Part shown: positions 40,700-50,735 of the stretch, one piece after another
How positions within the stretch are numbered: position 1 is the stretch's first letter
Layout of the letters: each line of letters starts with the position of its first letter
NCBI GenBank assembly: GCA_026004595.1
Contig: BPJL01000005.1
Location: 11,263-75,262 of the forward strand
Source of the DNA: Patescibacteria group bacterium
Lineage (GTDB): Bacteria > Patescibacteriota > WWE3 > UBA101185 > UBA10185
Direction: 5' to 3'
Length of the DNA stretch: 64,000 nucleotides
The notes under the pieces: model-generated
Told to the model about the DNA's origin: nothing
Seen by the model: the letters and a program-made list of their open reading frames with translations, nothing else
Databases searched by the model: none
Translations under genes and position numbers: made by a program

Positions 40700-40897
40700 A
40701 TGTGCTTAGCCATACCGGGAAAGGTGATAAAGATTAACGGAATGAAAGTTACGGTTAAATACCCACACGATTCTAGAGAAGTTTTGGATGGAGGTATATC
40801 AGTAAAAGTGGGTGATTATGTTCTGGTTCAGATGGGTATAATTATTCGAAGGATTGGATCGAAAGAAGCAAAAAGTGCAACTTCGGCTTGGAAATAA
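40700..40897 (+). CDS. hypC: Hydrogenase maturation factor HypC/HupF.
   Basis: Canonical N-terminus 'MCLAIPGKV'. 65 aa. Confidence 0.8.
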   Translation: MCLAIPGKVIKINGMKVTVKYPHDSREVLDGGISVKVGDYVLVQMGIIIRRIGSKEAKSATSAWK

Positions 40898-41221
40898 AGT
40901 ATCCCAAAAACTATCTTTTTACAGCAAAACAAAAAATGATTAGTATTTATCTCCACACTATAGTTCCAGTTATCTCGTCAAGACATTCTGGTACCAAATA
41001 ACTAGGAAAATCCGGATAATCTTTAAACGATCTACACATGATAGATCCGTTTCCATCAGCCAACACTTTAATTGCGCCATCCTCCTTAACTGCACACACG
41101 TAACCGCCACCGACACCTGGGATAGTCGGCACAACCCCGCCCCCAATATATTTTCCAAAATGCTTTTGAATAACAACTTTCATATTCGTAAGATCAAGTC
41201 CTTTATCAATTAGCGCCGATC

Positions 41222-41611
41222 TTATTTTTCTGCGTCTCCCTCGATATCACACTCATTCCTAAAATAAGCCCATTCTTCACAAGCGTAATTTTCAAAAACA
41301 CATAAAGCAAACTGACTGCCATCCGAGTTAGTGATCATCTCTAGTCTTCCGCCGTCTTCCTGACAATTCACAGAGGCGGGGTTAGCCATACCTATCGGCT
41401 GCATTTCTTCTACAACTGGCTCGTCCGAATCAATATTTAGAGATCTTAAATAATCAATGCTGATTGGAGAAATGTGGTGTTCAGACAACTTTTCCTTATA
41501 AATACGAGAAGACAAAGCTTCATCGGTTTTTTTAACACTAATCTTTATAGAGATAAGGTAAAGGATAACTGAGAAGAATACCAAAAGTAGTGAGGCAAGT
41601 ATCTTTTTCAT
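41222..41611 (-). CDS. DUF333 domain protein (secreted).
   Basis: 'GMANPASVNCQEDGG...CVFENYACEEWAYFRNEC' matches the DUF333 pattern. N-terminal signal/TM. Confidence 0.6.
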   Translation of the reverse strand: MKKILASLLLVFFSVILYLISIKISVKKTDEALSSRIYKEKLSEHHISPISIDYLRSLNIDSDEPVVEEMQPIGMANPASVNCQEDGGRLEMITNSDGSQFALCVFENYACEEWAYFRNECDIEGDAEK

Positions 41612-41667
41612 ATCGGATCGAAATACTAACAAAAGTAGATCAATAAGAAAAGCTCCGGTAAAAGGTG

Positions 41668-42399
41668 TTACCGGAGCTCGCTGAGGCGCCCTTGCTGGTT
41701 TGATTGCTGGTTTGATTTAGCTATTCTTTCCCTAAGCAAAGGTAGAAAGTACTGCTCGAAGAACAAATTTCCTGGGTCTGTTTTTCCCGAGCCGTTGATT
41801 TGATAGTGGCCGATGACATTTTCTATGGGTATGTCATAGATATCCATCAACACAACAACCAAGTCAACGGTTTCTTGAGTGATCGCAACAATGGAATCGA
41901 CCATTTCGGGAGACGCTTCGCCAGTCACTAGGTAGTTATATGTTCTTCCTGCCATCTCAATTTGAATTGAATGGCTATCATATAAACTGCCTGCGCCACG
42001 GCACTGCATCACACCCTCTTTGTACATGGGTAGGAACTGTCCTACACCATCTAAACCGACGCCAAAGTGAACGCTGCGCCCACCATCTTCACGGCCGGCC
42101 AATCCGTTCCAAGTTCGCGAAGAAACCCATTTCTCCGGCGTTTTTCCCGACTGATCGTCAGTGTGTATAACTATAGTGTCGGGAACGACCAACCTATGTA
42201 TGTAGGAAGTTGGTGGCAGAATCTTATAGTAGCTGCCAAAGCACAAAGCCTCGGAACCTCCCTCACAATACTCTAGGTTATTTTCCTCTGCTTCTTCAAC
42301 ACTTCTGCCTACACTATCAAACATTGAGTGGACGGGAAAAGCAGTAAATACAGTTAAAAACACTACTAGATAAAACACAACCACCCTTTTGAGCATCAT
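41668..42399 (-). CDS. N-acetylmuramoyl-L-alanine amidase (Amidase_2/PGRP fold), secreted.
   Basis: 'SVHFGVGLDG', 'SIQIEMAG' and 'IGHYQINGSGKTDPG' match the amidase_2 zinc-binding pattern. Start set at the internal Met before the signal peptide. Confidence 0.7.
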   Translation of the reverse strand: MMLKRVVVFYLVVFLTVFTAFPVHSMFDSVGRSVEEAEENNLEYCEGGSEALCFGSYYKILPPTSYIHRLVVPDTIVIHTDDQSGKTPEKWVSSRTWNGLAGREDGGRSVHFGVGLDGVGQFLPMYKEGVMQCRGAGSLYDSHSIQIEMAGRTYNYLVTGEASPEMVDSIVAITQETVDLVVVLMDIYDIPIENVIGHYQINGSGKTDPGNLFFEQYFLPLLRERIAKSNQQSNQQGRLSELR

Positions 42400-42513
42400 C
42401 CACCTCCCCAATCTGACATTCTGATTTGAAATATTAATTGTCCCGCAGTATATACAACTTCTATCGCAACAGCAAGAACTTTCTTCAACAAAAAATAGTC
42501 GCAGACTCTTATA

Positions 42514-43203
42514 GTGTATAATCAAACTATGAAATCATCTAAACCCATAATCATAGTGATCGTGCTGATTTTACTAATTGCTGGAGGGTATGTCGGATTC
42601 AAAAATCTGAAAAAGACAACAATCCAAACTCAAAAACAGCCTGAATCCGCAATTGAAACTGAACAACCCAAAAACGCTGAAGAAAGCTACTTTTCAGGAT
42701 CTTTGAAAGACCTGTTTTCACTGGCGAAAGATGTTGAATGCACATATTCTTACTCAGACGAAAAAAATAAAACCTCTGGCGTAATGTACGTTTCAGGAAA
42801 AAACTTAAGAAGTGATAGCAAGGTTACAGTTGAAGACGGAACGATCGTGGAAAGCTCTTTTATTCTAAAAGACAACATGATGTATATGTGGGGGCCATCA
42901 ATGCCTTACGGCGTGAAAATTTCAGTTGAAGAAGAGATGCTAGATTCAACCGCCGAAGGTTCTGAGGGAGAGAAAGTGCCTGAAAACTTAGCGTCTCTCC
43001 AGAAGAAAGTTGATTACAAATGCTCGCCTTGGATTGTAGACGTATCAAAATTTGAACTTCCTGAAAACGTTGAGTTCAAGGAGATGGTGGTACCCTCACG
43101 AAGTCAAGTTGAAAATAACAACCAAAACATGTGCGGTATGTGTGATCTCATACAAGATGAGGAAAATAAGGTTCAGTGCTTGAGTACTTTCAATTGTGAG
43201 TAA
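42514..43203 (+). CDS. Hypothetical secreted protein with a Cys-rich C-terminus.
   Basis: 229 aa with an N-terminal TM/signal. Confidence 0.4.
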   Translation: MYNQTMKSSKPIIIVIVLILLIAGGYVGFKNLKKTTIQTQKQPESAIETEQPKNAEESYFSGSLKDLFSLAKDVECTYSYSDEKNKTSGVMYVSGKNLRSDSKVTVEDGTIVESSFILKDNMMYMWGPSMPYGVKISVEEEMLDSTAEGSEGEKVPENLASLQKKVDYKCSPWIVDVSKFELPENVEFKEMVVPSRSQVENNNQNMCGMCDLIQDEENKVQCLSTFNCE

Positions 43204-44624
43204 TAAGTTTAAATTTAGAAGAGCTACGAGTTTAATAAAAAGTCACTCTTACCTGTGTTTGTTCATATTGCTTTACCTGGCCATTTCCCTCCTGACTTAC
43301 AAAGACTACGGACCGACAAGTGATGAAAAGGTTGAATATGACACAGGCAAGTATCTACTTGAATACTATAAAAAAACTACAGACATTGACTTTGTAAATA
43401 ACCTCGTTTCCAACGGCCCTAATAATATCGCCAAAAGGCATCTGCCCTTATTCAGCAGTTATTCTCGCATATACCCAGCCGTTCTCAATATTCTAAATCC
43501 CAATTTCTATTTTGAGTGGTTTCACCTTCAAAACATGATCATTGGGTTGTTTTTATTTCTCTCAGCGTATCTTTGCTTATATCTAGCCTACAAAGATCAG
43601 AAAAAAGCCATTGTAGCTCCCATTCTTCTTCTTTTTACACCCGTTGTCTACGGCCATATACCCGCAAATCCAAAGGACATACCTTTTGCTTCACTTTATA
43701 TATTTGGGGTCTATCTAATTTCCAAATACCTAAGAGGAATAGAAACATCTAAAGCTTGCCTAAACTCATTTCGATTTATACTTTTGGGAGCTGTTTTTGG
43801 CGTAGCCACAGGTATAAGAACAGCGGGGCTTACATTGCCCGCAATATATTTTGTTGCAGGAGCAATAAAAATATTTAAAGACAAGGAGATAAAAGATAGA
43901 CTTGTTGAACATTTTTTTAATACAGCGACTATTGTTGTCGTTTCCTTGTTTTTTTTGGATAGTAACTGTTCCTTTCATGGGAGCAAATTTTTTTGCTAAT
44001 TTTGCTTCCGTTTTTTCCAGTAGCATAGACTTCCAATACTGGAACGGAAAGATTTTATACTTAGGTAAATTTTTCAGTAAAAACGAAAGGCCTTGGCATT
44101 ACCTGTTTGTGCACCTTTTCATTCAACTACCCATAGTGGCCATTGCCGCGATTTTATCTGGCCTGTTTTTGGCCTTAAAGAGAAAAATAGAAAGAAAAGT
44201 AAAATTTGATTTCCTTCATCCCACAAGCATATTGGAGTATGCCATTTTGCTAAACTTTGCACTCTATCTCTTCTTTCAACCCGTTGTATATAACGCTGCA
44301 CGGCATTATATATTTTTGATGGTTTGTTTGGTTATACTTTCTGCCTTCTTTTTAGTTGAAACATATTCCATCCTAGACAAAAAAAGAAAATTATGGATTT
44401 TGGGCGGCGTGTCGGGATATTTATTCTTTACTCTTATTCGTATGGTGCGCCTTCATCCATACGAATACATCTATTACAACGAATTTGTCGGCGGCCTTTG
44501 GGGCGCAAATCAAAAATTCGAGCTGGACTATTGGGGAACTTCATATAAAGAGGGCGCAGAATTAGTAAGATCCGTGGTTGAAAGGAATAATCTTAAAAAC
44601 ATCAGCGTTGTACTCCTGCAATAA
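43196..44624 (+). CDS. GT-C membrane glycosyltransferase (GT39/PMT_2-like), interrupted by an apparent 1-nt insertion.
   Basis: The N-terminal loop 'YKDYGPTSDEKVEYDTG' and multiple TM helices fit the family. The two ORFs 43196-43999 and 43902-44624 overlap and join if one T is removed from the T8 run at 43949-43956. Confidence 0.55.
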
Positions 44625-45287
44625 CCAATTTTCCGTGGTTTACTACTCTCAATTCATGTACGACCTGGCTTCAAGATCTAAATCTTCAGATATTATCCTG
44701 TGCGATCCGGTAGAAGAACAATTAAGAGCAGAGGCGTTTGATGCCTTCAACAGCGAAACACACCCCGTAGTCAAAACGATACTTAGAGAGGGAGTTCCAA
44801 TTCTCAAAATTAGAACTACGCAAGCCCTAGCTAAACATTTTGAATAATCTTCTGTGTTATTCGGTCTGCAGGCTACTGTAATATCCAGCTCTAGTTTTCG
44901 TTAAAGCTCAATTCAGCATTATGTCCCTACCCCTTAACCACATTCTCTATATCTATTTCATTTATTGCACGGCTGTTCTTGTCATTCAACATCATATCAT
45001 TCTGGTCTTTTTGCCTTGTACTTGAGGAGTCTCTCAACCAACCGAAAATTTGTTGGCTACAACATACTAGCTTTCCACCCCTATAGGAAAAACTGCTAAA
45101 AACCGTTAAAAGGGTGAGTAAGTGTGTATGTGCTTTTGTTGGATTTTTCAACATAACACAATTTTATATTTAAAGCTGGCTGTGAATAAAAAATGCACAA
45201 ACATAGAAGGGGAGAGGCAGCCCGCAAAATGTTACGGGCTGCCCCGAAAAAGGCACTATACAAACCACCTTAGCGCTCTCTGCACTT

Positions 45288-45923
45288 TCAATCCGTGACC
45301 ATTTTACTCCTGGTAAACCTTAACAGCGCAATCTTTGATCCTTCGTTGTCATAAGTCCAGAAGTAGCCCTCAAGAGCCTGATCGAAAAAATAGTGTCGTT
45401 CAGCAGAACCATTTCCATCCAAATCCACATAGAGATACATAAGCTGTGATGTGACGTTAGTAAATAAGCTTTTGTTTCTAACCACCACAGAAGTCTGAGT
45501 TGAACAATACTCAGCACCATCAATGTATGCGCATGGATTTAAAACAGATCTGCCTCCCGGCCGCCCAAGGACCCTGACCCAAACATTGTAAGAGATAACA
45601 CCATCTTTATTGGTATCAAGTTTAGGTAAGCTAAATGTCACACCATTGGCATCGGTTCCATCCGCGTCAATAATTGCGAACTTTCTTCCTGGAATCAGGC
45701 TTACCTTTATCTTTCCGGACAACGGTACAAATATCCCGCTTTCGTAATTGCCTACATCCGCAACTCTGCCATCAGGTATACCTATAAGATAAAGACTGCT
45801 AGAAAGATCGCTCAATGACGTCTTCCCCCTAACGGACGGCGCCACAGCGCTCAATTTGAAAAAAAGCACCACGGCAACTGCAGAGATAGCCATTAAGATC
45901 ATGGCTCTTTTCATGTTACTCAC
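45288..45923 (-). CDS. Hypothetical secreted protein.
   Basis: Signal peptide 'MKRAMILMAISAVAVVLF' followed by a beta-rich domain. Confidence 0.45.
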   Translation of the reverse strand: MSNMKRAMILMAISAVAVVLFFKLSAVAPSVRGKTSLSDLSSSLYLIGIPDGRVADVGNYESGIFVPLSGKIKVSLIPGRKFAIIDADGTDANGVTFSLPKLDTNKDGVISYNVWVRVLGRPGGRSVLNPCAYIDGAEYCSTQTSVVVRNKSLFTNVTSQLMYLYVDLDGNGSAERHYFFDQALEGYFWTYDNEGSKIALLRFTRSKMVTD

Positions 45924-46118
45924 CCCTTTCTTACTCTAAATTGCTACCACACAAGTAGTAATCGGTAAGAAAAGGAAGGCGTAATAAAGCCTTTTTACGG
46001 CAGGGTTCCTGGAAACAGTGTATATTACATTACAGCTAACTTTGAGTCAAACTTGCCCACAACAGCCAATTCATATAATATATAGAAGAATGTCTATATT
46101 TATTTGGAAGGAGGTCCC

Positions 46119-46604
46119 ATGCAAGACATGCAAGAAAGTAAAGATAAAAAATCGAAATCTTCTTTTTTGCTCTTTTTGATAATTTTCATTCCCCTAGCAG
46201 TATATTTATTTATGACTTCCAAAAAACCGGCATCCAGCATTCCAGAACCGGAACAAATTACCGCGGCTCAAAATACAGAAAATGTAGAAACAGAGTTTAT
46301 AAATGAAACGATCGGTGAGCCGCAAAAAGAAGTGCGGGTAGTTGTAAACGGAAGCAACTTCAAGTTTGAACCTAAAACCATAAATGCTAAAGTAGGAGAA
46401 AAAGTTATTGTAGAGTTCAATAATATTGAGGGTGTTCACGATTTTAGGATAGAGGAGTTCGGTATAGCGACTCGGATCCTTAAAGCAAACGAAAGCGAAA
46501 CTGTTGAGTTTACCGCAGACAAAACGGGCTCCTTTGAGTTTTACTGCTCGGTAGGTGAACATAGAAAAATGGGGATGGTCGGAACGTTGGTAGTTGAAGA
46601 ATAA
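46119..46604 (+). CDS. Cupredoxin (type 1 copper, plastocyanin/azurin-like), membrane-anchored.
   Basis: GGAGG ribosome-binding site 7 nt upstream. 'GVHDF' and 'YCSVGEHRKMGMVG' give the His/Cys/His/Met ligand pattern. N-terminal TM. Confidence 0.7.
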   Translation: MQDMQESKDKKSKSSFLLFLIIFIPLAVYLFMTSKKPASSIPEPEQITAAQNTENVETEFINETIGEPQKEVRVVVNGSNFKFEPKTINAKVGEKVIVEFNNIEGVHDFRIEEFGIATRILKANESETVEFTADKTGSFEFYCSVGEHRKMGMVGTLVVEE

Positions 46605-47279
46605 ATGGCCAAACAGATTAGAGTAATTGTTTACGCAACCTGTGTCGGGCTTGTGATATGGGCTTATTTCGGACTCTGGCCCTTAGGCGCTGTACCTCTG
46701 CATCTGAGGTACGGCTTCCTTGCAGTTATCCTTCTATACCTGACTCTTCTTGCCAGTCCTCTATATATTGCCTTCCCAAAACTACCTCATAAAATAACAT
46801 ATTTAAGAGCCAGAAAAGCGCTCGGTCTATCAGCCTTTTCTTTTGCACTTCTACACGGAATAACATCTCTTAATGACGCGCTTGGCGGTTTTAATATGTT
46901 AATAAGATTAGAGTTCCCATACCTTTGGCCATATTTATTCGGATATGCGGCACTGGGGATATTAACCGTTATGGCCGCAACCTCAACGCCTCAGGCCATA
47001 AACCGACTTGGTAAATATTGGAAGAAATTACACCGTCTAATATATATTGCGGGCACCTTTGTGCTATTTCACGTTGTCTTAATTAATTCAAGTTTCCGCC
47101 TTCCGTTGCTTATCGACTTACTTAGCTTGCTATCACTAAGTTTCCTGTTTACACTACAAATGTACAGGCTCAATAAATTTGCCAAAGAAAATTACAAAAC
47201 CCTGCAAAACACAACTTTTTGGCCCTACATATCAGCGTTTATGCTTATTATCTTGATGCTATATACGATCTCAATATGA
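46605..47279 (+). CDS. Ferric-reductase-like transmembrane domain protein (MsrQ/YedZ-like, putative haem b).
   Basis: Six TM helices with conserved His in 'FALLHGIT' and 'KLHRLIYIAGTFVLFHV'. The ATG starts directly after the cupredoxin stop. Confidence 0.5.
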   Translation: MAKQIRVIVYATCVGLVIWAYFGLWPLGAVPLHLRYGFLAVILLYLTLLASPLYIAFPKLPHKITYLRARKALGLSAFSFALLHGITSLNDALGGFNMLIRLEFPYLWPYLFGYAALGILTVMAATSTPQAINRLGKYWKKLHRLIYIAGTFVLFHVVLINSSFRLPLLIDLLSLLSLSFLFTLQMYRLNKFAKENYKTLQNTTFWPYISAFMLIILMLYTISI

Positions 47280-47288
47280 ATGAAGAAA

Positions 47289-47649
47289 CTAATCCACTAG
47301 TTTTGCTAGAAAAGAACTTATGAACGAAACGGCCACACTAAAGAGCAGGGCTGTCCAGATGCTTGCAATCTGAAATCCCGGCACCAAAGCCGCCGTTAAT
47401 ATTGTGATAAAAGCACTAATAAAGAAAGTGAAAAGCCCAAGAGTAAGAATATTAATAGGAAAAGTAAGCAATATTAAAACAGGTTTTACAAACACGTTTA
47501 GGGGTACCAAGAACCAAAGCTACGACAATAGCCGTTACCAAATCTTCCACGTAGACTCCGGGAATTATTTTTGAAGCGGCAAAGATCGCCAATGTAGCTA
47601 TACTGAGCTTTAAAAGCAGTTTCACTACACTATTATACCTAATAACCAA
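47289..47649 (-). CDS. DUF360 'phage holin family' membrane protein, interrupted by an apparent 1-nt insertion.
   Basis: ORFs 47452-47649 and 47289-47510 join as 'ALVLGTLNVFVKPVLILLTFPINILTLGLF' if one G is removed from GGGG at 47501-47504. Confidence 0.5.
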
Positions 47650-47742
47650 ATGATGTAAAATGAATGATATAAAGTAAGACTACTACCGAGCGACTGGTAT
47701 TTACCCTAAAGTCCGCGCACGGATTCACCTGCCCCAATTTGT

Positions 47743-48305
47743 ATGATTGATTCTTACACATATACAGACGAACAGATTGTTCTAATTATTTTAAATGGCG
47801 ATAATGAAGCGTACGAAGAAATAATCAAGCGCTACGAAAACAAATTGATTCGATACATAAAATACCTAGTACCAAAAACCGACGACGCTGAAGATATAGT
47901 GCAAACAACCTTTATCAAGGCCTACGAAAATCTCAATAATTTTTAAACAAGAATACAAATTCTCATCTTGGATTTATAGGATAGCCCATAATGAAGCGAT
48001 TAACCGGCTAAAGAAAAAATACCAGGAAACGTTTTTTTCCTGACTTTGACTTAATTTCTCTTTCATCAAAAGAAACACCGGAAACCGAGTACGAGAAAAA
48101 AGAACTGGCTTCTACACTTATGAAATGCCTGAACATGCTTCCCGTCAAATATAGAGGCGTTCTCACACTATATTACCTTGAAGACAAGCAGTACGAAGAT
48201 ATCAGCATAATTCTGAAAATACCAAAGGGCACGGTGGCGACAAGAATAAATAGGGCGAAAGCAAAACTGAAAGAAATTTGTATTAAATATCATATAGGAG
48301 GTTAA
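47743..48305 (+). CDS. ECF-type sigma-70 family sigma factor, interrupted by two apparent 1-nt insertions.
   Basis: Region 2 is 'IVQTTFIKAYENLNNF'. It shifts at T5 (47940-47944) into 'KQEYKFSSWIYRIAHNEAINRLKK', then at T7 (48033-48039) into region 4, 'MLPVKYRGVLTLYYLEDKQYEDISIILKIPKGTVATRINRAKAKL'. Confidence 0.65.
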
Positions 48306-48307
48306 AA

Positions 48308-48988
48308 ATGGATATATCAAAAAATGTAATGGAAAAAATTAAAAGAAACGAGATAAAGATAAAACCTAAGGTGTACTTTTTCTTCGGCAATATGCTTTTG
48401 GGCGCTGGAATAACTTTGTCCTTGATAATTTCGATAATTTCGATCAATTTTATGTTTCACGCTCTCGAACAAAGACCGCTTTTTAGGCTTATGGGGTTGG
48501 GAAGGATGGGCGTAGTACAGTCATTTATTGAAATGCCATGGCTCTTTATACTTGCAGCTTTGGGATTTACATACATCGGAATTTACTTGTTAAACAAAAC
48601 GGACATTATATACAGGAGGAATCCCATTCCGTACATATTGGCCGTACCTACCCTCGTTCTGCTCCTGGGCTTTGCCGCATATAAATCAGGTTTTAATCAA
48701 AATCTTCAAAAACACCGCAAGATAAGACAGTTCATGAAACAACTACCGACCGAAACTTGGGTGCAGGGTACAGTCAGTGAGGTGTATCACGAAAATATAA
48801 CGATAAAGACGGATAGCGGAATGTTCCTAACTCTCAAGACCGACAACAATACAGTTAAACCTGGAAGATTTTTACGTCCGGGAGACTGTATCAGGGCAAT
48901 CGGCAGGTTTGCCGGTGAAACTTTTGAGGCTTCGGGCATATTCGGCTGCCCCAAACAATTCATCGATTTAAATGAAAGAAATTTCTAA
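48308..48988 (+). CDS. Membrane protein downstream of the ECF sigma factor (candidate anti-sigma factor).
   Basis: 226 aa. A short cytoplasmic N-terminus, TM helices and a C-terminal soluble domain. The call rests on position only. Confidence 0.35.
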   Translation: MDISKNVMEKIKRNEIKIKPKVYFFFGNMLLGAGITLSLIISIISINFMFHALEQRPLFRLMGLGRMGVVQSFIEMPWLFILAALGFTYIGIYLLNKTDIIYRRNPIPYILAVPTLVLLLGFAAYKSGFNQNLQKHRKIRQFMKQLPTETWVQGTVSEVYHENITIKTDSGMFLTLKTDNNTVKPGRFLRPGDCIRAIGRFAGETFEASGIFGCPKQFIDLNERNF

Positions 48989-49031
48989 TTTTCCTGTATT
49001 AATGGTAGTAAAAATTTTAATAAGGAGAATT

Positions 49032-49500
49032 ATGATGAAAAAAAACTATGCTTTTAGCATCCGCAGGTTTAGTTTTGTTTGCCGCCCTTGGTTTCGGGGG
49101 CTATAAGTATTTAGAGTACGGAAGTGGTTCAAGACCTATTCATGTCGTAAAAGCAGAATACGACAGAAATATTGAGGCAAGGCGTGGCAGAGCCGGTTTC
49201 GGATATCAAGGCTTCGGCCGCGGTATCGAAACAGTAGCAGCTAAGTTGGGAATGACAGTCGATGAACTTCGATCACAGCTTGGTTCAAAAACCATGCTCG
49301 AGATTGCTGAAGAAAAAGGAATATCCCAAGAACAATTCCATCAAATGATGATAGAATCAGCAATTCAAAGATGGAAGGATGCAGGATTTAGTGATAAAGA
49401 AATTGCAGAAAGACAAAAAATGATAGAAGAAAGGCAACAAAAACTGCAACGGGGAAGGCCTTTTCAGAGGAAGTCCATTCAGAAACTGACATCGAGATAG
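49032..49500 (+). CDS. Hypothetical secreted protein, interrupted by an apparent 1-nt insertion near the start.
   Basis: The 'taaggag' ribosome-binding site is followed by 'ATGATGAAAAAAAA'. The A8 run (49038-49045) splits 'MMKK' from 'LLASAGLVLFAALGFGG...'. An A7 run would give one ORF. Confidence 0.4.
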
Positions 49501-49506
49501 GAAAAA

Positions 49507-49530
49507 ACGGAGCGTAAGCTCCGTTTTTTT
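49507..49530 (+). terminator. Rho-independent terminator.
   Basis: ACGGAGC-GTAA-GCTCCGT followed by T7. Confidence 0.7.
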
Positions 49531-49559
49531 AACCGCTCACCGAATGTATACTATACTGT

Positions 49560-50729
49560 ATGGAATTTCCTAAAGACTTTGTTTGGGGGGCCTCTATTTC
49601 CGCACATCAAACAGAAGGCAACAACACTAACTCTGATTGGTGGAAGTGGGAATCAGAAAACAAAGTTCAACATCTCATTGATCGCTCCGGAATCGCCTGC
49701 GATTTTTACAACAGATACTCAGAAGACTTGGATCTTTGCTGCAAAGCAAACTTAAAGGCCATAAGACTAAGCATTGAGTGGGCAAGAATAGAACCAAGAC
49801 AAGGTATGTTCGATACAAGAGCGATAGACCATTACAAGAAAGTTCTTCAAGCTGCCAAAGAAAAGGGACTCAAGACTTTCGTCACGCTTCATCATTTCAC
49901 AAATCCTTTGTGGTTTTCCGAGATAGGCGGGTGGACAAACCTAAAAGCTCCTCTGTTATTCTCTAATTATGCAAAAAAATGCGCAGAAACACTAAACGAC
50001 TATGTAGATTTTTTTATTACAATAAATGAACCAAAAATTTATTCCTCAATGGCGTACCTTCATGGTGTTTGGCCACCTTGTAAAAAATCCCTCCTCCTTG
50101 CAACGTGGGTACAAATCATTATGGCTAAATCCCACAATCTAGCCTACAAAAAAATCAAGAGCGTTGTGGGTAAGCCCGTCGGAATAGTAAAAAACATCTC
50201 ATGGTATGAATATTCTTCTTTTACTCCGCTTGACAAGGTAATAGCTAAAATTCACTTTTTCCTTAAAGGAGCGCTTTTTCTTAATCCCGTTGCGAAATAT
50301 AGTGACTTTATAGGTCTAAATTATTATTTCACAAATCGAATAGTCAAATTTAGAATCAAAAATCCTGATAGTCCTGTCAATGATTTAGGCTGGTGGATAA
50401 ACTACGAAGGTCTTTATAATGTTCTTTTAAGCCTTAAGAAGTATGACCTCCCTATATTTATAACCGAGAATGGGATTGCAGATTCAGCAGATAAATACAG
50501 AGCGGGATTCATAAAGAAAATGTTATCTCAAGTTCACTTAGCAATATTAAGGGGAGTAAAGGTGAGGGGTTACTTTTACTGGTCTTTGCTGGACAACTAC
50601 GAATGGCATCACGGCTTTGCGCCCAAGTTCGGCCTTGTGTACGTCGATAGAGAACACAACTTAAAACGCATCCCTAGAAAATCCTTTTATGTTTACGCCG
50701 AAATATGTAAAAATGGAGTAGTAGGATAG
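49560..50729 (+). CDS. Glycoside hydrolase family 1 (beta-glucosidase-like), compact form.
   Basis: 'FVWGASISAHQTEG', acid/base 'TINEP', 'TLHHFTNP' and nucleophile 'ITENG'. 389 aa. Confidence 0.8.
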   Translation: MEFPKDFVWGASISAHQTEGNNTNSDWWKWESENKVQHLIDRSGIACDFYNRYSEDLDLCCKANLKAIRLSIEWARIEPRQGMFDTRAIDHYKKVLQAAKEKGLKTFVTLHHFTNPLWFSEIGGWTNLKAPLLFSNYAKKCAETLNDYVDFFITINEPKIYSSMAYLHGVWPPCKKSLLLATWVQIIMAKSHNLAYKKIKSVVGKPVGIVKNISWYEYSSFTPLDKVIAKIHFFLKGALFLNPVAKYSDFIGLNYYFTNRIVKFRIKNPDSPVNDLGWWINYEGLYNVLLSLKKYDLPIFITENGIADSADKYRAGFIKKMLSQVHLAILRGVKVRGYFYWSLLDNYEWHHGFAPKFGLVYVDREHNLKRIPRKSFYVYAEICKNGVVG

Positions 50730-50735
50730 ACAAAA

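Noticed and set aside
40947-41183. 78-aa and 68-aa overlapping minus-strand ORFs between hypC and the DUF333 gene.
   Set aside because: The translation is Gly-rich and plausible, but there are no motifs or ribosome-binding site. It is left unannotated.
44578-44847. 89-aa ORF overlapping the 3' end of the GT39-like gene in another frame.
   Set aside because: It could be a further frameshifted C-terminal extension of the glycosyltransferase or a separate small gene. This cannot be resolved by eye.
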